Of a stretch of DNA of 60,499 bases, positions 10,409-19,170 are shown in pieces. A program made the position numbers and the translations under genes. Below the pieces are notes generated by a model. It ran no database searches. It saw only the letters and a list, made by a program, of their open reading frames with translations, and was not told where the DNA came from. The DNA is from an uncultured Bacilli bacterium (GTDB lineage: Bacteria > Bacillota_I > Bacilli_A > RF39 > UBA660). The stretch is from assembly GCA_947626035.1 (NCBI GenBank), contig CANQQR010000001.1, positions 79,096 through 139,594 of the forward strand, written 5' to 3'. Positions within the stretch are counted from its first letter, which is position 1; each line of letters begins with the position of its first letter.

Positions 10409-11566
10409 AGACTAAAGACTGTCCGTTAATTACTTTTCCTGCTCATCACAGGGGTTACATAGGTATAATATGTAGCTAACGGTGAAGCCTAAACTTATAA
10501 AAGCAAGGTAATACCGTGGAAATCAAAATATTAATTAATAGGTTAAATAAAATAACAAGGAGGTGAAATAATGAAGAAAGATATATATGTTATTAAAAAT
10601 GATATTAATTCTAATGTTTACATTGGCCAAGCAATCAATACATTAGAAAGATTTCAAGGTCATTGCAAACCAAGTGCGACTGATAGTCTTGTAGATAAAG
10701 CTATTAATAAATATGGTAGGAAGCATTTTTGGTATGAAATCTTGGAATCTCAGATAGATAACTATAATGAAAGAGAAAAATATTGGATAAAATATTATAA
10801 TAGTCTTGCGCCCAATGGTTATAATTTATCTGAAGGTGGAGATGAACCTCCTTTAATGAAAGGATGCGATCATCCTGAAGCTAAGCTAACTCCTGAACAG
10901 GTTATTAGTCTAACAAATACATTATTAACTTCATCAGAATCATTACGATCTTTAGCAAAAAAATATAATATTGCAGCATCTACTATAAAAGATTTTAATG
11001 ATGGAAAAACCTATTTTAGACCAGAAATTAATTATCCTATTAGAAAAGAGAATCCAATAGGTAAATTAACTGAATCTGATGTAGATATAATTATTAATAT
11101 TCTTAAAACATCATATCGTTCTTTTGAAGATATAGGTAAGGAATTTAATGTTGAAGCAAGAGCAATATCTCGAATTAATAGTGGAGTGTTTCACAAACGT
11201 AGTAATGAAGAATATCCAATAAGAGAAGGACAAGTTGGAAGATATGGTTCAAGGTTATCTTATGAACAAGTTACTACAATTATAGATATGTTATTACACA
11301 CAACTTATTCTTTAAGAGAAGTGGCTCGACTTAATTCTTGCGACTATGTAGATATTTTAGGAATAAAAAATGGTACTACTAAATTATATAGGCGAAAAGG
11401 TTTAACCTATCCTTTGCGCCCTAATAATTAATATTTTGAAGTCTGTATCGACTATCTCCGCGAAGGAGAGTACGGCTGCTATTGATACGCAGTTGGAAAG
11501 AGTAATTAGTTTCTTTTAGAGAAACTTAAAATATAGTCAGCGCTTTATGAAAGTAAAGAGTTCGCG
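10409..11566 (+). mobile_element. Group I intron in nrdD
   Basis: P1 GGAU/GUCC with U.G. GACTA (~11450) and ATATAGTC (~11531); terminal G at 11566. Removal restores the frame. Confidence 0.9.
10571..11431 (+). CDS. Intron-encoded GIY-YIG homing endonuclease
   Basis: DIYVIKN...VYIGQ, EREKYWI, NGYN; three HTH-like repeats ending YPIR/YPLR. Confidence 0.9.
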   Translation: MKKDIYVIKNDINSNVYIGQAINTLERFQGHCKPSATDSLVDKAINKYGRKHFWYEILESQIDNYNEREKYWIKYYNSLAPNGYNLSEGGDEPPLMKGCDHPEAKLTPEQVISLTNTLLTSSESLRSLAKKYNIAASTIKDFNDGKTYFRPEINYPIRKENPIGKLTESDVDIIINILKTSYRSFEDIGKEFNVEARAISRINSGVFHKRSNEEYPIREGQVGRYGSRLSYEQVTTIIDMLLHTTYSLREVARLNSCDYVDILGIKNGTTKLYRRKGLTYPLRPNN

Positions 11567-12814
11567 GGTTCACAATCTGCATTCACCAACACCTCTGTCT
11601 TTGATAGACCGTACTTTGAAGCATTATTTGGTGGCTCAGAGTTCCCAGATGGTTCCTTTATGATTGACTATGAAGAAGAAATTATTGAGTTCCAAAAGTT
11701 ATATATGGAAGTAATGGCAAAGATTCGTCAAGAAAATATGTTTACCTTTCCAGTTTCAACAATTTCTCTTCTACGTCAAAAAGGCAAATTTGTTAATGAA
11801 GATTTTGCAAGATGGGCATTAAAACATAATATGACTTGGTCTGATAGCAATTTATTTATTGATAGTTCTGTCAATAGTCTGTCTAACTGTTGTAGGCTGA
11901 AAAGTGATATCAGAGACCTCGGTTATTTCAACAGTATAGGTGGGACCGCGCTGAAAGTAGGCTCGGTAAAAGTCTCTACTATTAACCTTGCTAGACTTGC
12001 ATTAGATACCTCAACAGAAGAAGAATATCTTGAAGAACTTAAGCATAGAGTAGAAGTAGACCTGCGGGCGCTCGATTGCGTGCGCCATATAATCACGCGC
12101 AATGTAGAAAAGGGCTTACTTCCAAACTTCACTCATGGTCTTGTAGATTTTGATCATCTTTATAATACTATTGGATTCTTAGGTATTTATGAAACAATGA
12201 AGAAATTTGGATATACAAGAACAGATGAGTTTGGTAATGTGTTCTACACTGATAAAGCTAGTACATTTGGTGAGAAAATCTTTAAAACAATACGTCAAAC
12301 CGCTGATACTTTTATCGAGACCGAAGGCGTATCATACCGCGTTAATTGCGAACAAATTCCAGGTGAGTCAGCCGCGGCCAAGCTCATGAAAAAAGATAAG
12401 TTCTTCTATCCAGATGCTAACATTTATGATTTACCACTATATGGTAATCAATTCATTCCTTTGGGTATCCAAACAACAATAGAAGAAAGGATTAGGATTG
12501 CCTCATTGTTTGATAGCTATTGTAATGGTGGGTCGATTTTACATGTAAATATCGACGCCCCATTTGATAACTTTGATAAGATGTGGAATATGGTAAATTA
12601 CATCGCAGATCAGGGAGTTACTTACTTTGCTTTTAATACAAAGATTCAAGCTTGTAAGAATAATCACGCATTTTATGGAAATGTGTGTCCAGTATGCGGG
12701 AACCCGGTCCATACGGAATATACCAGAATCGTTGGATTCTACACACCTATCTCAACGTGGTCAAAAGAAAGAAATAGTGAATATAAAATGAGAAAGTGGG
12801 AGCCAGTAAATTAG
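11567..12814 (+). CDS. nrdD: Anaerobic ribonucleotide reductase, exon 2
   Basis: SNCCRL finger loop, EQIPGES, CxxxH...CPVCG zinc site, YTRIVGF glycyl-radical motif. Confidence 0.92.
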   Translation, partial: GSQSAFTNTSVFDRPYFEALFGGSEFPDGSFMIDYEEEIIEFQKLYMEVMAKIRQENMFTFPVSTISLLRQKGKFVNEDFARWALKHNMTWSDSNLFIDSSVNSLSNCCRLKSDIRDLGYFNSIGGTALKVGSVKVSTINLARLALDTSTEEEYLEELKHRVEVDLRALDCVRHIITRNVEKGLLPNFTHGLVDFDHLYNTIGFLGIYETMKKFGYTRTDEFGNVFYTDKASTFGEKIFKTIRQTADTFIETEGVSYRVNCEQIPGESAAAKLMKKDKFFYPDANIYDLPLYGNQFIPLGIQTTIEERIRIASLFDSYCNGGSILHVNIDAPFDNFDKMWNMVNYIADQGVTYFAFNTKIQACKNNHAFYGNVCPVCGNPVHTEYTRIVGFYTPISTWSKERNSEYKMRKWEPVN

Positions 12815-12815
12815 T

Positions 12816-13313
12816 ATGTTATTAAAAGGTGTTATATTTGAAGATTTTGTAAATTACAAGAAGCCCTGTATGACACTTGAGTTCCCTTACTGTACTTTTA
12901 AGTGCGGAAGCTCGTATTGTCAAAACAGTTCGCTTGCTAAGAGAGAAGATATAGATGTAGATATTGATAGTCTTATAACTAGATATCTCCGCAATCAAAT
13001 TACTGAGGCAGTCTGTTTTCAAGGTCTAGAACCGTTAGATAGTGAACAAGATATGTTGCGTTTTATAGCGAGCTTCCGCGCACAAAGTGAAGATGATATT
13101 GTTATATACACTGGCTATACTGAAAATGAGATACCTAAAATACTTAAAGAGCTTAAGCAATATAATAATATTATTATTAAGTTTGGCAGATATATACCAA
13201 ATCAAACAATACATTTTGATAAAATACTAGGTGTAAATTTGGCCAGTGATAACCAGTATGCAATAAGAATTGAAGATATTGATATAAATAAATTTTCATG
13301 GAGTATAGATTGA
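12816..13313 (+). CDS. nrdG: Anaerobic RNR activating radical-SAM protein
   Basis: CTFKC...CQN, GLEP, YTGY, GRY, SDNQ; directly after nrdD. Confidence 0.85.
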   Translation: MLLKGVIFEDFVNYKKPCMTLEFPYCTFKCGSSYCQNSSLAKREDIDVDIDSLITRYLRNQITEAVCFQGLEPLDSEQDMLRFIASFRAQSEDDIVIYTGYTENEIPKILKELKQYNNIIIKFGRYIPNQTIHFDKILGVNLASDNQYAIRIEDIDINKFSWSID

Positions 13314-13314
13314 T

Positions 13315-13698
13315 ATGAGTAATATTACCCTTGGCAATTTATATGATTTAAATAAATCAATTAATAAGCTAGAGAAAACGCTAACCGCGACAGAGAAAAA
13401 GCGTGTATTAAGAGAAATAAAAACATACTTTAGAAATGTTGACAATAAGTATTTCATGCTATTGTGCAAAGAGCGTAGTGACTATACTATATTTGCCTTT
13501 AATGATAAAAATGAGGTAGTTATGCAAAAAGCTATGCAAGATATTAAAGAATGTTTTGACAATCGCGGTAAGCTTATTTCAGTGGAACCCGCGGAAGGAA
13601 ACGCACTTGAGATCTGGCTTAGAGTAGATGATGAGTCTTTTGTTTATTACTTATTCCCATATGATGTGGGTGTTATTGAGGAAGGTGTATGTGAATGA
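13315..13698 (+). CDS. Hypothetical phage protein
   Basis: ORF in operon context. Confidence 0.6.
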   Translation: MSNITLGNLYDLNKSINKLEKTLTATEKKRVLREIKTYFRNVDNKYFMLLCKERSDYTIFAFNDKNEVVMQKAMQDIKECFDNRGKLISVEPAEGNALEIWLRVDDESFVYYLFPYDVGVIEEGVCE

Positions 13699-13961
13699 CA
13701 ACTGATAAGATTGTTGGTATTCTTCGTCCTTTTGATAGACGTCAAAACTTTTATGTATATAAAGATGGAAACAAGGTAGATAAAATCTCTGTTACTCTTG
13801 ACGAAATGAATAATAGTATATTTGCTCTTAGTGAGAAATATCAAATTACTCGATTAGATTTAACAGGACCTAAGCAGTACGCAAGAGGAATTGCTAAACA
13901 ATTACAAGAGGCAGAGATGATTAAATACGAAAAGAATATATTAGAAATTAACATTATTTAA
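13695..13961 (+). CDS. Hypothetical phage protein
   Basis: ATGA overlap with the upstream gene. Confidence 0.6.
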   Translation: MTTDKIVGILRPFDRRQNFYVYKDGNKVDKISVTLDEMNNSIFALSEKYQITRLDLTGPKQYARGIAKQLQEAEMIKYEKNILEINII

Positions 13962-13982
13962 TAATAAGGAGATAAAAGGATT

Positions 13983-14222
13983 ATGTCAAGATATTTAATA
14001 TCTACTACTGAAACGTATAGAGTTGATAGTGAAGATGAAGCTAAGGCGTTAATTGATGAAGCAAAGCATGAATCTATTAGTAATTTAAATAAATATTCAT
14101 GCGTTCAAAAGGAACAGAAGCTAAAAGGTGAGGTAGTTCAGAGTTGGTATAGAGTTACATTAAATAAGTCATTTACAAATGAGAAAGAACCTGAAGAGGA
14201 GGTAACCATTTCTTATGAGTAG
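13983..14222 (+). CDS. Hypothetical phage protein
   Basis: RBS present; operon context. Confidence 0.6.
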   Translation: MSRYLISTTETYRVDSEDEAKALIDEAKHESISNLNKYSCVQKEQKLKGEVVQSWYRVTLNKSFTNEKEPEEEVTISYE

Positions 14223-14700
14223 ATATAATTGCAAGCCTGTACTATATAAGCCAGAAGTAATTACCTCTCAGAAAACAATTAAGGTTAGATACTTTAATAA
14301 TGAAGTAGAAAAAATAAAACCTATCTGTAATGGTGATTGGATTGATTTGCGGGCGGCCGCTCCAGTACACTTAACCGCGGGCCAACATGTATTAATCCCG
14401 CTTGGTGTTGCAATGCAGCTTCCCGCAGGTTACGAAGCAATTATTGCTCCTCGTAGTTCTAGTTTTAAGAAATGGGGCATTCTTCAAACTAATTCTATTG
14501 GTGTCATTGATGAATCTTATTGTGGTGATAATGATCAATGGATGATGTCAGTATATGCTACAAGAGATGCTGATATTGAATTAAATGATAGGGTGTGTCA
14601 GTTTAGAATTATCAAGCATCAGCCAAAGATTGCTTTTACCGAGGTAGAGACTCTAGGAAATAAAGATCGCGGTGGCTTCGGTTCAACCGGCACGAAGTGA
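14215..14700 (+). CDS. dut: Trimeric dUTPase
   Basis: IDLRA, PRSS, GVIDESYCG, RVCQ, RGGFGSTG. Confidence 0.95.
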   Translation: MSRYNCKPVLYKPEVITSQKTIKVRYFNNEVEKIKPICNGDWIDLRAAAPVHLTAGQHVLIPLGVAMQLPAGYEAIIAPRSSSFKKWGILQTNSIGVIDESYCGDNDQWMMSVYATRDADIELNDRVCQFRIIKHQPKIAFTEVETLGNKDRGGFGSTGTK

Positions 14701-14713
14701 GGTACATGTAGAC

Positions 14714-15031
14714 ATGAACGAGAATTATAAATGTCAGATAGATGGACTATCTTGTATATCTGAAAGAGAGCTGCTTCAACGTAAGGAATTTGCTTTCTTA
14801 GATTCATTAGAGGGACTAGATAATTATTTAAAAAAGCCAGAGTGGTCACTTCCTAAAATTATGAGCGAGATTCAAGAAGATCAAGGCGCTCGATATAAAG
14901 ATGAATCATATATTTTTAATAATATAAATCAAGATGAATTTATGGAGTACATCAGAAAACGCTATAAAGGTAAATATAAATTTTATATATATACAGAAGT
15001 AAGAGTATCAGAACTAGAGAGCAAGGCGTAA
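14714..15031 (+). CDS. Hypothetical protein
   Basis: ATG at 14714 follows GAGG; terminator downstream. Confidence 0.55.
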   Translation: MNENYKCQIDGLSCISERELLQRKEFAFLDSLEGLDNYLKKPEWSLPKIMSEIQEDQGARYKDESYIFNNINQDEFMEYIRKRYKGKYKFYIYTEVRVSELESKA

Positions 15032-15048
15032 ATCGCTTTGCTCTTTTT
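15018..15048 (+). terminator. Intrinsic terminator
   Basis: AGAGCAAGGCG/CGCTTTGCTCT stem followed by a T-run. Confidence 0.7.
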
Positions 15049-15057
15049 ATTTAGATC

Positions 15058-15086
15058 TTGACAAGATTAAAAATTTTTGATATAAT
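15058..15086 (+). promoter_or_regulatory. Sigma-A/70 promoter
   Basis: Perfect TTGACA-N17-TATAAT with TG. Confidence 0.85.
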
Positions 15087-15117
15087 CTAGATATAAGGAA
15101 ACAAGGAGGAGTTATTT

Positions 15118-15609
15118 ATGAGGGTGCTAGCCCTAGATTTAAGTAGTAAGAGTTCGGGATGGTGCGTTGGTGATGAAAAAGATATTATAGATTATGGATG
15201 TATTACTTCTACTAGCACTATTAATATAAAAAGAATTATCGTAATGCGTGATGGTATTATAGATATTATTAAGAAGCATAACGTGGATCAAATTGTTATT
15301 GAAGAAGTACGTACAGATTATAAGAATGCGCACACCTATAAAATATTAACCTGGCTTCAAGCCGCAATAGTGATAGCCGCGTATGAGATTAATCCAAAGA
15401 TTGAAATTACCTATCTTCAGCCTTCCTCTTGGAGAGCCGCGATAGGTATTCATACAGGTCGAGGAGTAAAAAGAGATGAGTTAAAAAAGGCAGATATTAA
15501 GCATGTTAAAGATAAATATGGCATTGAGGCCAATGATGATGTGAGTGATGCTATTTGCATTCGAGAAGCTTATATGATAAAGAATAATACTGAGATGAAT
15601 TGGGAATAA
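15118..15609 (+). CDS. RuvC-like Holliday junction resolvase
   Basis: VLALDLS...SGW, IVIEE, PSSWR, DDVSDAI. Confidence 0.85.
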   Translation: MRVLALDLSSKSSGWCVGDEKDIIDYGCITSTSTINIKRIIVMRDGIIDIIKKHNVDQIVIEEVRTDYKNAHTYKILTWLQAAIVIAAYEINPKIEITYLQPSSWRAAIGIHTGRGVKRDELKKADIKHVKDKYGIEANDDVSDAICIREAYMIKNNTEMNWE

Positions 15610-15612
15610 AGA

Positions 15613-15636
15613 AAAGGGAGTCCTTAGACTCCCTTT
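15613..15636. terminator. Bidirectional terminator at the convergence of the two genome arms
   Basis: AAAGGGAGTC-CTTA-GACTCCCTTT palindrome between convergent genes. Confidence 0.75.
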
Positions 15637-15938
15637 AGTTTATTAAATACTTTGTTTGTAATATGTATAATTTCCTCTCCATAAGTGGCAATTAAGTCAG
15701 CTAAAAGCTCTTCCTGCTCCAGAGTAAGATCAACATTATAAGAAAACATAGCTGCGTGTGTCAACTCATGACAAAGCACTTTTTTAAAGAATTTGCCCTT
15801 TAGCTGATCATTAATATAAATAGTCTTAGTATTATCATCGCAAGTAGCAATGGATAAAGAGCCGTCGCTTCGATACAATAGAGGATGATACTCATTTACA
15901 AATTTAATGTACCAAGTCTCACCATTAATCTCTATCAT
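15624..15938 (-). CDS. Small zincin metallopeptidase (ImmA/IrrE-like)
   Basis: LCHELTHA (HExxH) with downstream EE. Confidence 0.7.
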   Translation of the reverse strand: MIEINGETWYIKFVNEYHPLLYRSDGSLSIATCDDNTKTIYINDQLKGKFFKKVLCHELTHAAMFSYNVDLTLEQEELLADLIATYGEEIIHITNKVFNKLKGV

Positions 15939-16576
15939 TTTATTTTAGCGGCAAGCGTAGTCAATTTCTGACTTAGCATAGCTCTTTCCTCGGGAGATGC
16001 ATCCTGAATCATTTCAGTCATATCTTCAGTGAGTTCTTGCATATATGTCTCTAACTCTTTCATTTGCTCAGGCGTTCCTTTATGTAATTCTTTAGACTCC
16101 ATATAGTTTTTTCTACTCATTGGACTTCTACCTTCCCTTACATCCCTGATTTCCATTGGGTAATTATAGTCTGAAAAATTGCGGGAGCTGCCGCTTGAAG
16201 ACGAACTGGAGTCACCTCTTCCGCCACCGGAACTAGACATATTTCCACCTGACCGAGACCCGCCGCTGTAATACATGCGACCATAATCTCTATCCATATC
16301 TCTGTATTCAGGATGCATATGATAATATGGCTCTTGATAGAAGCGCTGAGGCTGATTTTGAGGCATATATTCCTTAATCTTATCCATTACTTTCTTCTCT
16401 TCTTTTGATTCTTCCATGGCCTTAACGACGCTACAGTAATACATCGCTTCTTCCATGTCTTTAATCATGTCAATTACCTCGCCCAATTCTTTTGCATCGA
16501 CTTCCGCGAGGTTTTGTCCCATTTGAGACTCTACACAGCTTACAAGCTGATTTTTGATAGCTTTTAATCTTTCCAT
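15935..16576 (-). CDS. Uncharacterised helical protein with G/S-rich linker
   Basis: ELGEVIDMIKD helix, low-complexity centre, acidic/Met-rich C-terminal helices. Confidence 0.7.
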   Translation of the reverse strand: MERLKAIKNQLVSCVESQMGQNLAEVDAKELGEVIDMIKDMEEAMYYCSVVKAMEESKEEKKVMDKIKEYMPQNQPQRFYQEPYYHMHPEYRDMDRDYGRMYYSGGSRSGGNMSSSGGGRGDSSSSSSGSSRNFSDYNYPMEIRDVREGRSPMSRKNYMESKELHKGTPEQMKELETYMQELTEDMTEMIQDASPEERAMLSQKLTTLAAKIK

Positions 16577-16588
16577 AGTTTTACCTCC

Positions 16589-17032
16589 TTATGCAACTCT
16601 TTCTACTACTAAATTAGCATTTTGAACGTCTATTGTTTGAGCACTGACATTCTTAACGCTTATCTGTGAGCAGCAGCCAAGAGGAACACTAACAAAAGCT
16701 ACGCTAGATACATTATTAAATTCAGCAGTCGTAGTTGGTGTTACTGTAGCAGTAGAGCTGGCTAACGCTTCTCCGTTAATTGCAATAGCTACAGAAATTG
16801 GCGCAGGTACTGTTCCGCCATCTGGCACTGCTATATTTGCTCCAAATGAAACCTTATACAATGCGCGGCACTGCTTAGAGCTACCGCGCAGAGTAACAAG
16901 GCCACTACCCTCACGATGGAGTATGGAGCAAGAACAGCTATACACAGGCACTTCTGTGAATAATACATTTTGATTTGTTGCTACTGTTTGTAGAGTAACC
17001 GCTGTAAATTCAGCCATTTCTTTTACCTCCAA
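16589..17032 (-). CDS. Beta-rich protein, BclA C-terminal/C1q-like fold suspected
   Basis: Alternating beta pattern, YKVSFGANI, NANLVVERVA; Cys pairs. Confidence 0.55.
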   Translation of the reverse strand: MEVKEMAEFTAVTLQTVATNQNVLFTEVPVYSCSCSILHREGSGLVTLRGSSKQCRALYKVSFGANIAVPDGGTVPAPISVAIAINGEALASSTATVTPTTTAEFNNVSSVAFVSVPLGCCSQISVKNVSAQTIDVQNANLVVERVA

Positions 17033-17052
17033 GATAGTTATTAATTAGTTAA

Positions 17053-17907
17053 TTACGCTACTGCGTAACCTTGACCATAGCCGCAACCACAGCCGCTATA
17101 TCCATAGCTATTAGCTAAAACCGCGGGAGACCAGTTGCCCAAACCGCATGGAGACGCCGCAGGATAAGCTGGAACTGGCGTTGGAGCTACAATACCGCGG
17201 ACCTGATTGATAATATACTGTGCGGTTGTCTGATCGCCGCATGAAGCAAGTTTGGTACGCAGGTCAGCAATAGTTTCATCTTTTCTAGCACTTTCCATAG
17301 CATCAAGACGAGCCAAGATACGATCAGTATCATTATGCGCGTTCTGTATAATAGCCGTTGTATTAGTAGCAGCATTGTAATTAGTGTCACAGTTAGCTCT
17401 TTCAATCTGGTTGCCAATCTGCATCTGACCAGTCCGTAAGTCACAGCAGCATCCCGATAATTGAGTTTGCAGAGCATTCTGATTCTGAAGAGCAACGGTA
17501 TTAGCAGCATAAAAGCCGCCCTGAATTGTGTTGTTCAGACCATTGATCATCTGAGCGGTATCATACTGTTGATTACAGATAGTGCTATTTAAATTAGCAA
17601 AACCTACATTAACAGCGTCAGAGATTGCGCCAGTCTCACGCATTAAGTTCTGGAAGTTATTGTCGATACAAGCTTGTTCGCGAGTTAGTGCACCTTGAGA
17701 CGCGGCAGTGCTACCACCCCCGCCACGGTTGCCCATACCACCAAAACCATTACCATCCCATCCGCAGAAGACGAATAAGAACAGGATGATAATCCACCAA
17801 GCGTATCCACCTCCAAAACCATCTCCATTATTGGAGTTTCTTCCACTGCCGCCTGTTGCAGCAGCAATGTCGGCTAAACTATAGCCACAGTTTGAAGTGT
17901 TAAACAT
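17053..17907 (-). CDS. Gly-rich membrane protein with coiled coil and Cys cluster
   Basis: Hydrophobic WWIIILFLFVFCGW flanked by Gly-rich tracts; N/Q heptads, CCC, P-rich and GCG tail. Confidence 0.75.
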   Translation of the reverse strand: MFNTSNCGYSLADIAAATGGSGRNSNNGDGFGGGYAWWIIILFLFVFCGWDGNGFGGMGNRGGGGSTAASQGALTREQACIDNNFQNLMRETGAISDAVNVGFANLNSTICNQQYDTAQMINGLNNTIQGGFYAANTVALQNQNALQTQLSGCCCDLRTGQMQIGNQIERANCDTNYNAATNTTAIIQNAHNDTDRILARLDAMESARKDETIADLRTKLASCGDQTTAQYIINQVRGIVAPTPVPAYPAASPCGLGNWSPAVLANSYGYSGCGCGYGQGYAVA

Positions 17908-17948
17908 TTTGTTATCCTCCTATAAAATATTTGTTATATATAAAAAGT

Positions 17949-18188
17949 TTACAGACCTATTTGTTTCTTAAAATCTGCAAACTCTTTATCAAAATTGGTG
18001 CCCCTCTCATTGCAAATATTACGAGCTATTTGTTCAATACCCGCAGTATCATTATGTTGAGCTAAATTCAATAGATTAGCAAATGTTGGATTCCCTTCGC
18101 TACTTTGTTGTAATATGTTTAATATAAACTGTTGCGGATTTCCGCTTCTCATCATTAAACCAATTGTTTGCAATAAATTAGAAGCCAT
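17949..18188 (-). CDS. Small helical protein (NPQQ/NP motifs)
   Basis: GNPQQFILNIL...NPTFANLL; overlaps the upstream gene. Confidence 0.65.
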   Translation of the reverse strand: MASNLLQTIGLMMRSGNPQQFILNILQQSSEGNPTFANLLNLAQHNDTAGIEQIARNICNERGTNFDKEFADFKKQIGL

Positions 18189-18621
18189 TCTTACTTACCT
18201 CCTTGCGCGGCGGCTGCTGCTTTGGAGCGTCAATAAGCGAATCTATTTTCTCGTCTAATCCAGTTATTTTCTCCATTAACTGAGATAATATTGTGCTAGA
18301 GTTCTCGGTCTCTTCGGCTTGAGCGGCGACCGCGGGTTCATATTTTACAATACTAGTTGTACCATTATTATTCCAAGTCTTTAAGTAGATTTCACTTAAA
18401 TCTGCTTTTGGAAACACGCCATATCCGCCCATCGGTACTTCTGTAGCCTTAACCATTTCCTCGCTGTCTACTACTTTCCCATTTAATATAGTTTGCGGCT
18501 GCGGTTGAGGCTGTACAAACTGTTGCTGCGGTTGCTGCACCATAGATTGCTGATATGGATATTGGTACTGATTATTATAGAGACTATTCATATAATAACC
18601 AGGTGTTTGATAATAATTCAT
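18178..18621 (-). CDS. Q/Y/N-rich N-terminus protein
   Basis: Low-complexity N-terminus, IYLKTWNNNG domain, C-terminal coiled coil; strong RBS. Confidence 0.7.
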   Translation of the reverse strand: MNYYQTPGYYMNSLYNNQYQYPYQQSMVQQPQQQFVQPQPQPQTILNGKVVDSEEMVKATEVPMGGYGVFPKADLSEIYLKTWNNNGTTSIVKYEPAVAAQAEETENSSTILSQLMEKITGLDEKIDSLIDAPKQQPPRKEVSKNGF

Positions 18622-18825
18622 ATCTTCCTCCTTTTAAAATATTATTTACCTTTCCCTTACATCTATTATTAAAAATTAGTTTAAATGAAATTTTAATGAT
18701 TGTCCTAAGTTTTTATTAAAATTTAAAATTTGGCAGGTAACTCGTTGAAAGAGTTAGAATATGAATATTTTATCATTTCTAAAAAAAGCTTAGATTTTTA
18801 GCCTAACACCAATTTATAGGAGAAT

Positions 18826-18892
18826 AAAAAAAATGGGAAATACTAAGTATTTCCCAATAAAAATAAGCGGAAAGATTTTACTCTTTCCGCTA
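18826..18892 (-). terminator. Tandem hairpins ending the tail/DGR transcript
   Basis: AGCGGAAAGA/TCTTTCCGCT and TGGGAAATAC/GTATTTCCCA stems with T-runs on the minus strand. Confidence 0.65.
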
Positions 18893-19156
18893 TCATTCTA
18901 GTACACAATCAACAATTGTTGATTCAGACTCATCCTGTTCAAATTGAACAGAAGTAATATTTACATTTTTAAATTGTAATATTCCACTTTTACCTAATTC
19001 AAATGAAATTCCATTTAGTTTAACATAATTTCTGACTTTAGAACATATACCTATTCGTACAATACTTCTAAAATCAGGGGACTCCACCTTTATTCTATCT
19101 ACAAGCTCCTCGCCCGCAGAGAAAGGACCTCGTAATTGTACATTCTTATTATTCAT
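18893..19156 (-). CDS. Small putative virion protein, similar to C-terminus of 25530-26243
   Basis: RIGI...LNG...GKSGI matches KIGI...LNG...GRSGI. Confidence 0.6.
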   Translation of the reverse strand: MNNKNVQLRGPFSAGEELVDRIKVESPDFRSIVRIGICSKVRNYVKLNGISFELGKSGILQFKNVNITSVQFEQDESESTIVDCVLE

Positions 19157-19170
19157 AATATAACCCTCCT

